64,000 nt of DNA, from the NCBI RefSeq assembly GCF_016433145.1, contig NC_058131.1, forward strand, positions 524,960,482-525,024,481. Direction: 5' to 3'. Each line of letters opens with the position of its first letter. Position 1 is the first letter of the stretch. The stretch is from Gracilinanus agilis (Eukaryota). Positions 1 through 12,319 of this stretch are shown here, in pieces. The position numbers and the translations under genes are program-made. The notes under the pieces were generated by a model. That model saw only the letters and a list, made by a program, of their open reading frames with translations, had not been told where the DNA came from and searched no databases.

Positions 1-198
1 CCAGTTGTCTAGTTTGGCAGGGAAGATCCCTGAGCCGGGCAGTCTACTTCTAACAATGTATGGTTATGGTTTCAACTCTGTAAAAATCCCCTCACCCCTA
101 CCTTCTAGAGTAGATGAAATGTTCTGTAGATTCTTTAAATGTATAGATATCTACCTTTGTGTGTGCCCTGCAGTAGGTTTGGAGGAGCCCTAAGTGGC

Positions 199-503
199 CA
201 GTGATGGGCAACCTTTTGAACTTGGTGTGTCAAAATTCGCCAAAAAAACAAGCATAACTCGGGTGGTATGTCACTTCAAGAAAAAAAACATAATTTCACA
301 ATATTTGTAATTTAAATAAAAATGTTTAATTGTAATATATAACTAATAAACCAAAATAGGTAAATTAATATAGGTAGAATTGTCATCTATAGTGCACAGA
401 GTGTCTACACTACTGGTTCATCCTCAGCACACGGCCCCATACTTCTCTGTATGTGGCTTCACATGTCAGTGCTGACAGGTATGTCATAGGTTTGCCATCA
501 CGG
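199..503. mobile_element. Non-autonomous hAT/Charlie DNA transposon (MITE), OC1/OposCharlie-like
   Basis: 16-bp terminal inverted repeats: CAGTGATGGGCAACCT (199-214) and AGGTTTGCCATCACGG (488-503; reverse complement CCGTGATGGCAAACCT). AT-rich interior and a subterminal palindrome TGTCAG-TG-CTGACA. No clear 8-bp TSD. Confidence 0.8.
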
Positions 504-691
504 CCCTACGCCCCAGATTCCTAATATCCACCAAGGGCAGTCTCTTGGGAGACCAATGCTCTGAGAGTAGAGTTTATTTCTCTCACTAAGCAGTTCCTAT
601 GGGGTAGCAGTTAAGGAAGGAACGTGAATGAAGTCTGAATTCAGTTGTCCTCACAAAGGAGATGACATGACTTTTTACCCATAATTCACCT

Positions 692-900
692 CAGGTATAA
701 TTTATTTAGCACCTACTAAGTGCCAGACATTATACTAAGCTCTAGGATAAAAAGTGTAGAAAGACAGTTCCTTCCCTCAAGAAGCTTACATTCTAATGGG
801 AGAAACCACATGCAAACAAATATGTAGAAAGCAAGTTACATACAGGATAAGTAGGAAATAAATGAGAGGGAAAACAGGAGAATTAAGAAGGGAAGGTAGA
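692..900 (-). mobile_element. L2 LINE 3' fragment
   Basis: Typical antisense L2 tail: TTTATTTAGCACCTACTAAGTGCCAGACATT...CCCTCAAGAAGCTTACATTCTAATGGG. Boundaries approximate. Confidence 0.7.
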
Positions 901-3900
901 ATTTTAGTTTAATTCAAATGGTTCTGTGCTCTGGCTTTCTCAGGGTCTTCATAAATTCAGAATGCTCCAATTTCACTGTCTAAAGACTCACAAAGGCTCA
1001 AACTGAGAAGGTAAGTCTTAGGAGGAAGATGCTTGGGTACTAACATTATGAAGGAAGAAGAAATAACTTCCTTGCTTGTGATTTCAAAGATTCAGGCTTA
1101 TCCCAACAAAAGTCAGTTCTAACCTCTGGGAATCCAAGCTGACTTATCCTCATTTTAGTCTTACCTTTCAGTTTTAAACCTACCACCACATTCTTCCCCT
1201 TTTGCCATTCCCTTCTTTTCTTCACATACGAGCCACCAGCTGAGATTCTAACTTTATTTGAAAGAAAAGAGTCTGAATCTATCCTTTTCTGCCTCCTAAA
1301 TTAGAATACTTTAAAGTGCTAGAATATAGATGGAATGATCTCTGAGACCCTTTTGCCCTTCTTTCATGTTAAGGATACACTTGGACCCCCTAAGATCAAA
1401 GCACCCCAACAACAGCACCCAAAAAGCTGAAGTGGCTGAACTGTGTGAGGTTCTCAAGATAAATTTAGGGAATAGAGTAGGAGGAATTTAGAGGAAAACC
1501 TAAATGTGGAATAGGGATTAGCTTGAAACAGAAGGCTCTGGGCAATTTGTTCATGCATATGCAGCATTAATGGCAATGGCTTGATCTTGGAGCTTTGGCA
1601 CCATTTTATTGGCATAGACTTGTCCAAGAGACCAGAGGGCCTCTTTATGCTGATTCGAAATCAGTATGTGAATGCATAGAAGATGTCTGTAAAATAACTG
1701 AAGAAAATTAAAGCCTCTTTACATATATTAATAACTGGCTTGGTTTCTTTGATGACATGGTAAATCTTAGCTTCTTTGTTAACTGAGGTGGCTTGTTTGC
1801 CAAAGTAGAAGTACTAAGGAAGAGAACAGAAATTTGAACCCTTGATTCTCCAACTCCAGCTCTAACATTTGTTTCATTACACTAAGCTATAGAGTTTGGG
1901 AAAAGGGTATAGGGTGAGAAGTGGTGAATTTTTATATCAAATATCAGTCCTATGCATGATCTGTTACAATCTAACCAATGCTCAATATATTATTTTGTTC
2001 CATCTGAAACCTTTGTCCCTCCTACTTTCTCTTTTCTTATTTTTTGTCTAAATTTTTCTGTTTCTCTTTAATACTTGATTATCAACTTTTAAGCTATTTA
2101 TATCGGCTCCACCAGTATGCACTATACTTGCCCTTAAGAGGAGGGCTTTCTAGGTGTCCTCAAGACAAAAGTTCAGTAAAGAATAAAATAAATATGCTTT
2201 AGGTTTTTTGTTTGTTTGTTTTTTAAGGAGGAAAGAAAAGAGACTAAAGAAAAGGGGCCTTGAAAAATGAACAATATGGAAATATGTTTTATGTGACAAA
2301 ATCTCCCAGAAGGGGGAGGGAAGAGAGGAAGGGAGACAATTTGGATCATATAACTTCAGAAAACTTATGTGGAAATTATTATTACATGTAATTGGTAATA
2401 TATCTTCACAAAGAGGAGGAAAAAGAAAAAGGGCCTAGGCTGTGGAAGGAAAACCATGAGTTGGGACAGGAAGGTCCTTTATATCTATTAAGGTGTCCTG
2501 AGCTGGGTCTGCCAGAAGAAAGGCCCTCAATTTAGATAAGGTGGGAGATCCCTGGGCTGAAGGGGTCCAAAGATATCTCTTGCCTTTAGCCCCGACATAG
2601 TGAATAATGACAAGACCCTTAGTCAAGGGAATTGGAGGGGGGGCAGAAAATGAGGGATCTAAGATTTCTCTTAGAGAATGGGAACATTGGAGGAAGGAAC
2701 TGGCACCTCTCCCATGTCAGGAATGGGGAGACTAAGAGGCTGTGGTTATTGGCTAAAGACTATCATCTGAACCCCAGAGACCAAATCAGCTATTATCTTT
2801 CTAGCCTCTACAGCCAGTCTAAGACACATAGTTCCTAAAGACATCAGTTCCAGTAGCTCCAAACATCATGAGTCAATCAGGTGAGAGATCTGGTAGGGAG
2901 ATGTGTCCTGGAGACACTGACAGATCAGGGCCAGAAAACAGGTTCTCTACTGTTACATTTTACTGCCTTATCACCAGCTTAGGCAGTGCCAGGTGGATGA
3001 CCTGGGGGAGCAAAACAGCCCTGTGCATAGGTGCTCTCAGTGAGCTCTAGCCCCAGTTGAACCTCCCAGCCCAGCTTTCTCAGCAGTTGCCATGGTTATG
3101 TCTCTTGGGTTTTAGCCCTTCCCCACAGAAGGGGTGGGATGAACCTAGAGAGGAGGGAAGGTTGAAGATAAGAGCAATAAGGACCTCCAGGAGGTAGATC
3201 CAGAATCAGAAAGTAACCCAAATGAGGAGTTGGCCAGAGGGAAAACATCCAAAGATGTAGTGGTAGAGATAAGAGGTTTTAGCTTATTGGTGGGTTCAAG
3301 GCCATCCTCAGGGTAGCCAGGACTAGCAGAATATCTCTACTCTCTGAGAGCAGCTAAGGATAGACAAGAAATGTGAAAATGGATAAAAGTGGAGCCTTCC
3401 ATGTGGGTTGCCCTCTGGTCTGGGTGGCTAGTGCTACTTAATCTTCTTAAATGTCACTGCCTCTCTCCAGTCCCACATCAACTCCCCACAATTGGTCCCC
3501 GGTTAGTAGTAACCCTTCCTATTCCTTTGTCCTGAAGTGTTCCCATCCCCCACAAATACACCTTGTCCTTCCTGAACAACACTTGAACATTGCAAGGGTC
3601 CCAGATGAATGCTTCCTCAGAGGACCTAAGAGTTTCTCCTGACTACATTTAACCCTTCATCTAGCTGATCTACCTCCTCCTCCTCCTTCATGCTGTGGAG
3701 AACTGATAGGATAGACCCACATGACAACTAACTCAGGCAAATTGCTCCCAATTGTTGTCTCTAGGCCTTGCCTCCAAGTGCCACAGCCTCCCCCAGCTCT
3801 GTCCTTTTTTCCTTTTGACCTCTGCACCCTCTTCCTTTTAGCCTATCCACAGCTTACTAAGGCCCTACACAACTTTACAAGGGGGTGGAACTCATTGTTT

Positions 3901-5220
3901 TCTTTAACTCTTTCCTCTGCTAGGGCTCTGGCTTTCACCAACATTGGGTTGGGATAGGGGCTCATAGTCAAGAAGCTAGAGTGTATGCTGGTAGCAGAAT
4001 AGATTCTGTCCTGGAGTCCTTCGTTGCAAGTGAACATTGCTCCATTCCAGCCAGAGACAGTCTAGGTTTAGGTGCTGGGCAAAGATCTCTGGTGTCCTGG
4101 GCTGAAATGATCTTCAGGAGCTTAATTTCATACAGAATCATGGCCCCTGGTGGCACATCTAGCTCCAGGAGAATCTCAGTGAGCTCTAGCCTCAGTAAGG
4201 TTAGGTACCTCAGAACATGGGAATTAGGACTATAGGAAGCCCACTCTCATTTGGAGGAGCATGAGGCACTAGAACAGGGAAATAAGTAGTCATTCTCTTG
4301 AGGATGCCTCGGCACAGTAAGAACACTTCATGGACCTTCATTCCTAAAAGTCTAGGTCGGGAAAAAGGGCTAGGGATTGCCTAAAGGTTGGGAGATAAAG
4401 GATGACCTAGTCAATGTCTTGGTAAGCCCTGCAAGTATCTACAGTCCTGAGGAGTGAACAATGTGATAGTCAGCTCTACTCTAACCCGAAGTCTTCTGCT
4501 TCCAAGCTTGGAAACCTTGTTATTCCCTAGCCTTTCTCCAGCCTAGCCCATGGATTCCCTCACTTAGTAAATATTTACTATGTGCCTCTCTATCCTGGTG
4601 AAAGTTCCATGGTCACCTGCCTTAGGGATAAGCATACTGGTCACTTGTGAGAAAGAAAGCAACCTCCCCTAAATACATGGACAGGATTCCAAGGCCTGTG
4701 AAGTGGAGAGGGAAAGAGAAGGAAAAGAGATGAAGGAAGAAAGAGTGAAAGGTGAGATCCAAAGGCAAGGTTATAACTAAGAATTTGTTCACTTTGGGTG
4801 AAAAAGTTGTGGAAAGTATGTGGCAGCACAAAGGATAGTTCAACCTCCTTGAAAAAAGGGAAAAACTCATCCCCTATAAAGTCTAGTCTTCATTTCTATA
4901 AAGAAAGTGGGCTGCACTAGGAGAAGAGTGCCCCATTGTGAGGTGTGAGGCTCAAGATCCAGAAACAACCTGGGTCTCTGCACCACCTGAGCCATAATGG
5001 AAGGGGGCATTCTTTTTCTTTGAAGTGACTGGCCTGCTACCCATCCCCCTACTTCCTCCCCCCCCCCCAACTCAACTGTTAAAAGCTAGATAGAAAAAAA
5101 CCCACCTTACTTATGCCTCCCAAGAGCTTCCTTTCCACCCCCAAGTTTATCCTGATTACTGCTCTGCTGGCATTACTTATGTCTAATACTCAATGTAAGA
5201 ACTGGTCAGCACTTCAATTT

Positions 5221-5247
5221 GATGATGATGATGATGATGATGATGAT
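5221..5247 (+). repeat. (GAT)9 microsatellite
   Basis: Direct reading. Confidence 0.95.
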
Positions 5248-5292
5248 AACAGCTAGGATTTATATAGTACTCTAAGATTTGCAAAATTCTTT

Positions 5293-5500
5293 TTTTTTTA
5301 AACCCTCACCTTCCATCTTAGAACCATGACTGTGTATTGGTTCCAAGGCAGAAGAGAGGTAAGGGCTAGGCAATGGGGGTTAAGTGACTTGCCCAGGGAC
5401 ACGGACACACAGCTAGGAAATGTCTGAAGACAGATTTGAACCTATGGCCTCTTCTTTCTAGGCCTGGCTCTCAATCCACTGAGCCAACTAGCTGCCCCCC
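5293..5500 (-). mobile_element. Opossum tRNA-derived CORE SINE (SINE1_Mdo-like) inserted into an older MIR-type element
   Basis: SINE body (AAGTGACTTGCCCAGGG...GATTTGAACC...CTAGCTGCCCC). TSD CAAAATTCTTT at 5282-5292 and 5501-5511. Confidence 0.85.
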
Positions 5501-7889
5501 CAAAATTCTTTACAAATACTATTTTTTGATGTCACAATAACCTTGGGAGGTAGGTTTTTTTTTAACAGATGGGGAAACTAAGGCAAATATGGTTTAAGTG
5601 AGTTACCCAAGGTCATATGATTAGTAAGTACCTGAGGCAATGTCTGAACTTGGGTCTACCTGACTCCAAGTCCAATACTTTCTCTGGCCAGTCCTCCAAA
5701 TATCTTCCTTTGACACCTCTCCTAGCAGACCTCAAAATTTACACCCTTAGAGACACTTTTTTTGTGTCAAGGTGGCAAAAATATCCTCCAGAAAACCACT
5801 ATTACAATATTAAAAGAAGAGGGGAGGGAAATATTTGAAGTGAAGTTTCTCGCATTAACATCTGAGTTTTGTGAAAGGATACCAGCTTATCAAATTAACT
5901 GACCTTCCTTGGAAAGCAGGGAAGAGCATTCTGAAATAGATATTTAGAAATAGAAGAGGCTTTCGTCCAGTTGCTTAATGGTATAGATGACGAAACTGAG
6001 TTTCCCAGAAATGGGGTCAACATAGCACAATGAAAAGATCACTGGCCTTATAGTCAAAGGACCCAGCTTCAAATGCCATCTCTGACATGCTGACAGTGTG
6101 AATTTGGGCTAATCAAATAACTTCAGTGGGCTTTTAATTCCCTCATCTATTAAATGAGGGGTTTGTATTGGATGGCCTCTTTCCCAATCCTCCTTCTCCT
6201 CCTTTCCAATCCTGGATCATAGTATGATCCAATAAAAAGGCCTATACAAGTCACATAGTCTATGAGCAGCAAAACTGGGATTTGAATATAGGTCTTATAA
6301 TAAGAGCTAACATTTAAATAGCAAATGTTTTACATTTATTAGCTCATTTGATCCTCACAAACTATACTGAGAGGCAAGTGCTTTTATTGCCCCATCTTAC
6401 ACTTGAGGAAACCGAGGGAAACAAATGTTAAGTGACTTGCCCAGGGTCACATAGCTAATAAGTATCACCCTTGGAATTTGAGTTTAGGTTTTTCTGATTC
6501 CAAGGCCAGCACTCTTCAATACCTACCTGACTGATTCCCAGAATGGTGCCATGCAACATTGTACAGCTACATTGGACTCCAAATTTGACATTTTGTAGCC
6601 TGCCTTCATGTATTTGCACCCAAAGTCCTTCACACCCCTGGGATATATTCTTCTCAGGTGTCACTTCCTGGGTGAAACCATCCCCAAACCCTTTAGTTGT
6701 TACTGTTCTCTTGCTCCACAAATTACCTTGTAGCTCTGTGTCCTGAACTATCATGACTTCCAGATTACAATATAACTTGAAGGCCAGACATTTCTTCTGG
6801 TCTTTGTATCCCCAGACCTAACACAATGGAACATAGTAAACATCTGTTTAACTGAATATGTGAATGTCTGCAGGGTGGGGCAGGCAGATCCTGGTAGGTG
6901 GAGGGCAGGAAAAAACAGGCAAGAAGGTACTTGTAAGGGAAAGGGGAAAGCAGGAGGCAAAACACCTGGATTCCTGCTCCTTGCTACACCTGGATGACTG
7001 CCCCTCGACTCAGCCGGAAGGTCAGTCTTGAGCCTCTCTCTGCCAAGCTTCTGCCTCCTAGGGTTCTGCCCCCAACAGCTTCCTCATCACCTCTCCAACT
7101 GGCCTCAGGAACGGGGCCCTTCCCTTATTCTAGCAGCCAGGCCTCTGTCGAAGAAAGCTGAAACTGAGTCTTGCCTTGCCGGTACAACAGGTCCCAGGTG
7201 GGGAGTGGCCTGAGCAAGGATGGTTTGTCCCCTTCTTCCCAGGCCACTCATCTCCAGCACCCTCCCCCCACCCCCACCCCCCCGCGGCCCACCCCAGGTC
7301 TCCTTACCAGTGAGGTGCCCCCATCCTACAGCAGCGGAAAGGCTGCCCAGCCCATTTCTCCCATCTTCAACCCCAGGGCCCAGCAGCTGCTGCAGCCTTC
7401 AGAAGAAGGCCGGATCCCGGATTTCAGGCTCCTCACAGAGTGCCAGGCAAGGGGAAACGGACCCGTCGGGAGTTTGGCACCTGGAATTCTTGCGGGACGC
7501 TGACCAGGACTCCCTAGCCCCTCAGGGGCAACCGGCATTACTTTGCTGAGCAGCGAAGCTGCTTACCCTACCTATAGTCTAGATTCTCTCCTCCCCAACC
7601 CTCCACCCCCACTCTCGCCAGCGACCTCAATCCTCTTGGTCCAGCGCCAAGATAAAACTCCCTCGGAAGAACACAGTTATGAGACTGAGAAAAGCTAAGA
7701 GCTTTGCCCAAGGAAACTGAGGCAGGAATGGGGAACATACCTAGAAAAACTGACTCCCTCAGGAGCTTCTTGCTTTCCCCCCTCCCTTTCTAGACATTCT
7801 CCAAGCTGGCAGGAACGCCAGTCTGAAAGTTCAGTCCCCAGATCCCATCACTCAGGCCAAAAAGGTGAGAGACCTCCACTCAAAGGGAG

Positions 7890-8102
7890 GGGTGGATTGA
7901 GGGATTCTACCCGGCTGGCAGAGACCCAGGAGACTGGAGGGCGGGGTCTCTGGAGGGGCGGGGCCAAAGCCAAGTTGCGAGGCGGGGCAGGGTTAGGTGG
8001 GGCACCCCGAAGTAGACAAGACAGGTTGGTGGAGCGCAGCGGTGGTATTAGTGGTCCTCGTCCCGCTACAGCCCGCACTGCTCTAGTCTTCGTATCGCGG
8101 AC
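7890..8102 (+). promoter_or_regulatory. ELL3 CpG-rich promoter with Sp1/KLF GC boxes
   Basis: GGGCGGGG 7939-7946, GGGGCGGGGC 7955-7964, GAGGCGGGGC 7979-7988; CpG-dense sequence directly upstream of the ATG. Confidence 0.7.
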
Positions 8103-11100
8103 ATGGCGGGACCACAAGAGGCTCTGAGTGGGAGGCTGCGGCTCTCTTTCCCTCCTGGTCCCCGAACCAGCCTCTTACTCCTCCGATTCAACGACTCAGC
8201 CTTGCGGGCGCTACAAGACTGTCAGAGAATACAGGTGCGAATCCTCCCCCTCCCCTATCACCCCCGAGCTCTCGAAGCTGCACTTCCATCCGAGATACGG
8301 GTTTCTCTTCAAACTCTTTAGCTCCAGTAACCCTTGCCCTAGACACTCCAATACAGCAACTCCCCTTCCTCCACCTCCCACTCCTCCGTGGACCCGCGGG
8401 TACTGGAGACTTAGGGCCCTGACCTCTCTCTAAGGAGAAACTTAGAAGGCAGCTGTCATTTGACTTCCGACAACGGGACTAGTCATTTTTTGCCCCTCTA
8501 CTCTCCTTATCTTCCTCAGGCCCAGCCTGTGATCACCTTCCAAGGCAACCGAGGGGTGAGTGAAGGTCCCCTGGTATTCGTAGAGAAGGGTATGGGACCA
8601 AGAGAATATTATGGAGGCTTGGGGTGAGGGGGTACCGATTTAGTTCTATACAAAAGTTATCAGGTAAATTGCAGTGACGCTACAAAGGAATACATACCTT
8701 TCCCCTCTTCTAGTGTGGTAGTCTAATCTGAACCCACATGGAGGTGCCAAGTCTGCCTTGACAAGCACGAGGGGAGAGGAGGGAAAGCGAATTAGAACCC
8801 TAGAGGTAGAGGGAGACTGTGCTTCCTGGCAGGGCTCAGGTCCAGCTACATTTTACATGACTAATTAAATCCCCTGAGACCCCTAGTTCCTCGTCATGCA
8901 TGGAACAACTCTGGGAGTCCCTTAAGAGCTTCCTCAAGGGAGGTGGTGATAGGCTTTAGGTAAGAGAGAAGACTAAATTTACTGGATTTCTTCTATTCCA
9001 TCAGTACTTGAGACTTCCCGGCCCTGGCTGTTCCTGCCTTTTCTCTTTCATAGTGTCTCAATGTGGAGCAGATGGACCAAGAGGTGGGCTGGACCTTGTG
9101 CGCCACCGCTTGGGCAGGTAAATCGAAGCACATAGCAAATCAGAATCAGGACTTAAGATGAATCTTATAGATTCTATTAAGCTTTTCTCCTTTCCTCCAC
9201 TCTCCTTCAGATCTGGACCAGGACTGCTTCAGTGCTTAGGTCCTCTTCGAGAGCGAATTACCATCTGCTCTGCTGTAGATTCTGTACCAGTATCTTCACT
9301 TCGGGGACATCAACAGGGTGAAGGTGCCAGGGAAACAGGGAGCCAGCAGGGCAGTGGATTGGATACAAAACCTCAACCCCAGCTAGAAGAGGTGAGACCA
9401 GGAGTGATGGGGTGTTACAACAAAGACTTAAGAGGCTTAGGAGTCAAGGGGCTCCAGATTCATGTTGCTGCTGCCAATCTAAGCCAGTGTTACCTCCCCA
9501 CAAGGTGCTGGATCCCCTAGACAACAATCAAGAGGCCCAGCCAGGATCCTCCAGAGATCATCGGGCACAGTGGGTACTGAGGTACTAAGGGAAACTAGGA
9601 GGGGCAGAAAGGGAAGAAGGCAGTGTTGGCTTCCTCTTATATCCTTCCTAAATCCCTGTAGCAAGAAATCCGAAAGCATTCTTTTAAGTTTCAAATCAAT
9701 GTTTCTACCTTCCTCACATTGTAGGGATCAGAGTTTCCACCCCACAAAGGGGCCAGATCAGAGATCCTCTTCATCTTCCAGCCAGAGGCACTTGAACATA
9801 GTAAGTGAATATTTTAGGGTCATGTATTTAAAGCTGGAAAAGATCTCAGAAGTCATCTCATTCAATGCCCTCATTATAGAGGAAACTGTGGCCCAGAAGT
9901 GACTTAAGGCCAGAGATAGTAAATAAAAGAGGCAAGAGCTAAAATAGGATGACTCCAAATTCAGTGCTATTGCCACAATACCACCCTGGGTAATTCGCAG
10001 TAGCATGGTACTTACAAGAGCACCATCTGTCAGATGACACAAGCATGCTCACAATTTTATAGATGGGGAAACCAAGGTTCAATAACATGACCAGTCCTGC
10101 AAAGAATAAAACAGGTACCCACTGCTCTTCAACACTATTTTAAATAAATGAGCTTCCTGAAATGATCCCTTTTTGTTTGAAGTGTGGCATGAACCTTCTC
10201 AGAGTTTTAGAATATATACATGGAGACTAGTCAACTTCCAGAATTCTACTATATAACTAGTTAGGGTAGAGGAGGTTATCTGTCAGATCCAAGACTGCTG
10301 ATGACCTACATTTTAAACTTTTCTCAGAAGAGACATGCCAGGCCAGACATACCAGAACCAGAGGACAAAAAGCCCAGAGGTTCAAGCTCCCCACAGGAGC
10401 TTCCCAGTCATGATCCACAAGAGGGAGAATGGGAGAAAGATGAATGTGATGTAGCTCACAGGAAGGAACACAGATCCTCAGCACAAACAGGTAATGTTAA
10501 TGGGGGCTAAGGTTTCTACAGTATAAAGAGAATACTACATTTTCCTTTCAGTTTTGTTTCTTCACTAGGCCCACAATCACTGCTTCCTGAAGAAACGCCA
10601 GACTACTTCCTGTGAGTCTCTTATCCCTTCTACCCTTGTCCCCCGTGACCTTTCCCCTCCTTCCCTCTCTTCCTGGGGTGGAGAAATGACATTTGGAGGC
10701 AGTTAAGTAAGGATGACTTTCCAACTTTGGCAGGCAGTATGGAGCCATCCACAATGCTGAACAATGTCATGTCTATGAGAAAGATTTTGAAGCAGATTAT
10801 GCGGAATACCGGGCCTTACATGCACATGTTGGGGCTGTCAGCCGGAGATTCATGCAGTTAGGAATGGAGATCAAGAGAGTACAACGAGGCACTCCTGAAC
10901 ACAAGGTAGGTGAAGCCTTTTCCAAAAAAGGGACTCATTAACTAGTAAACTGACTAACTACACTATTTGGGGAGATAAGTCCATCTAGATTATACAGAGT
11001 ATAAAAAGGAAAAGAGCTTTTACCTCCCTTTCAGAGAACTTGAGGATCAACTTGGGGTTATTCATGTTTTTCTTACTGTTTTAGGTGCTAGAAGATAAGA

Positions 11101-11316
11101 TAGTCCAAGAATACAGAAAATTCAGGAAGGTATGATTGGGGTCAGGGGTAGATAAAAGAGAAGCTGGAAGGAAGGAAGTTATCTAAGATATTAGCCTTGT
11201 CTCTGCAGCGGTGTCCAGGTTATAAGGAAGAAAAACAGCGATGTGAGTATCTGCATCAGAAGCTGTCACACATCAAAAGCCTCATTCTGGAGTTTGAGAA
11301 GAACAGAGACAGCTGA
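8103..11316 (+). CDS. ELL3: RNA polymerase II elongation factor ELL3, 381 aa
   Basis: Exons, all GT-AG and phase-consistent: 8103-8234, 8520-8555, 9005-9117, 9211-9391, 9505-9581, 9725-9800, 10328-10490, 10569-10611, 10734-10905, 11085-11129, 11209-11316 (1146 nt). N-terminus MAGPQEALSGRLRLSF...RTSLLLLRFNDSALRALQDCQ...PVITFQGNRGYLRLPGPG. C-terminal occludin/ELL domain PDYFLQYGAIHNAEQ...RCEYLHQKLSHIKSLILEFEKNRDS*. Confidence 0.96.
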
Positions 11317-12227
11317 GGCTCGCCAAGAGGGCCCAAGTCCCTCGGGTGAGATGCTGATAAACAGGGTGGCTACAAACAAATGATTTAGGCATCGAAGTCT
11401 ACTACTGATCTCACTGATGATGACTTGGGGAGGGGTGGGGTTGGAAGCAGGTGCTGCTACAAATCCTCAAGGGGTTTGGTTTCTATTGTTACTATGATAT
11501 TTACTCGATGCTATCCAGATTATGTTGGCAAAGTGCCATTCCTTCCCAGCTATACCCAAGAACATCATTTCTTCACCCAAGAATACCCAAGGATATTCTG
11601 ATATCCTTGAGAGGTGGAGATGGAGACCACCTCTAAGAAAGGATACTGAGGTGACTTAATGGTAAAAACTAATTTTGTGATCCACCCTAAGAGACCAGAA
11701 TAATAGCTGCTTGGGAGTTGTTTATAAACTCATTTCCCCTCAAGTGTACTGAGGGGCAGGGCTTGAAAACAGCCTATGTGGAGATATTGGAATGTTTAGT
11801 GAATTTCTTTACAAACATGGCTGCAAAACAAATGATGACTGCTCTTGTGTGGTTTGTACAAATTGATCTGTTGTCATTCAGAAGATGGGAAGAGGTACTT
11901 GTAGAGGGGGATATAACAGTTGCTATCTACTTAACCCAAAGCTAAGTGAATGAAGAAGCTTGGTCCTTCTCTAAGAAAAAAACTTCTTGACCTAGATTAC
12001 TTCCCAAGTCAGTCCCTAGCTGTCATATTTGAGTAATCTGAAAACTACCCCTGAGGAGGGCACAGCTAGGTCTTACCCATGATAACACACAATAATAATT
12101 TTGCATCATCTATAGCAAATGAAATGCACCACTTAGGTCCATCCTTTTTTTGTTTTTTTTTATAGAGCATTATAGCAGGAAGAAAAGGGATGCCCTGAGA
12201 ATATTACTACCATTACCAGTCCCTTCA

Positions 12228-12319
12228 AATAAAGTTTACTGTACCACACCCTAGACTGTAGGATGCATAGAACTGCACCCATATTAGTATCAGCAGTTCC
12301 AGTAACAGTTTGGAATAAA
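12228..12319 (+). terminator. Candidate ELL3 polyadenylation signals
   Basis: First AATAAA hexamers I found after the ELL3 stop: 12228-12233 and 12314-12319. Usage is inferred. Confidence 0.5.

Noticed and set aside
944-1010. Plus-strand exon-like segment (TTTCTCAG| ... GAGAAG|GTAAGT)
   Set aside because: Isolated pair of splice motifs with no partner exons or recognisable peptide.
3086-3099. RFX X-box-like GTTGCCATGGTTAT (13/14 match)
   Set aside because: A single imperfect motif outside any evident promoter; not far enough from chance in 64 kb.
7171-7549. Overlapping 110-aa and 109-aa plus-strand ORFs
   Set aside because: GC-rich, stop-poor promoter-proximal DNA; Pro/Ser-biased with no recognisable domain.
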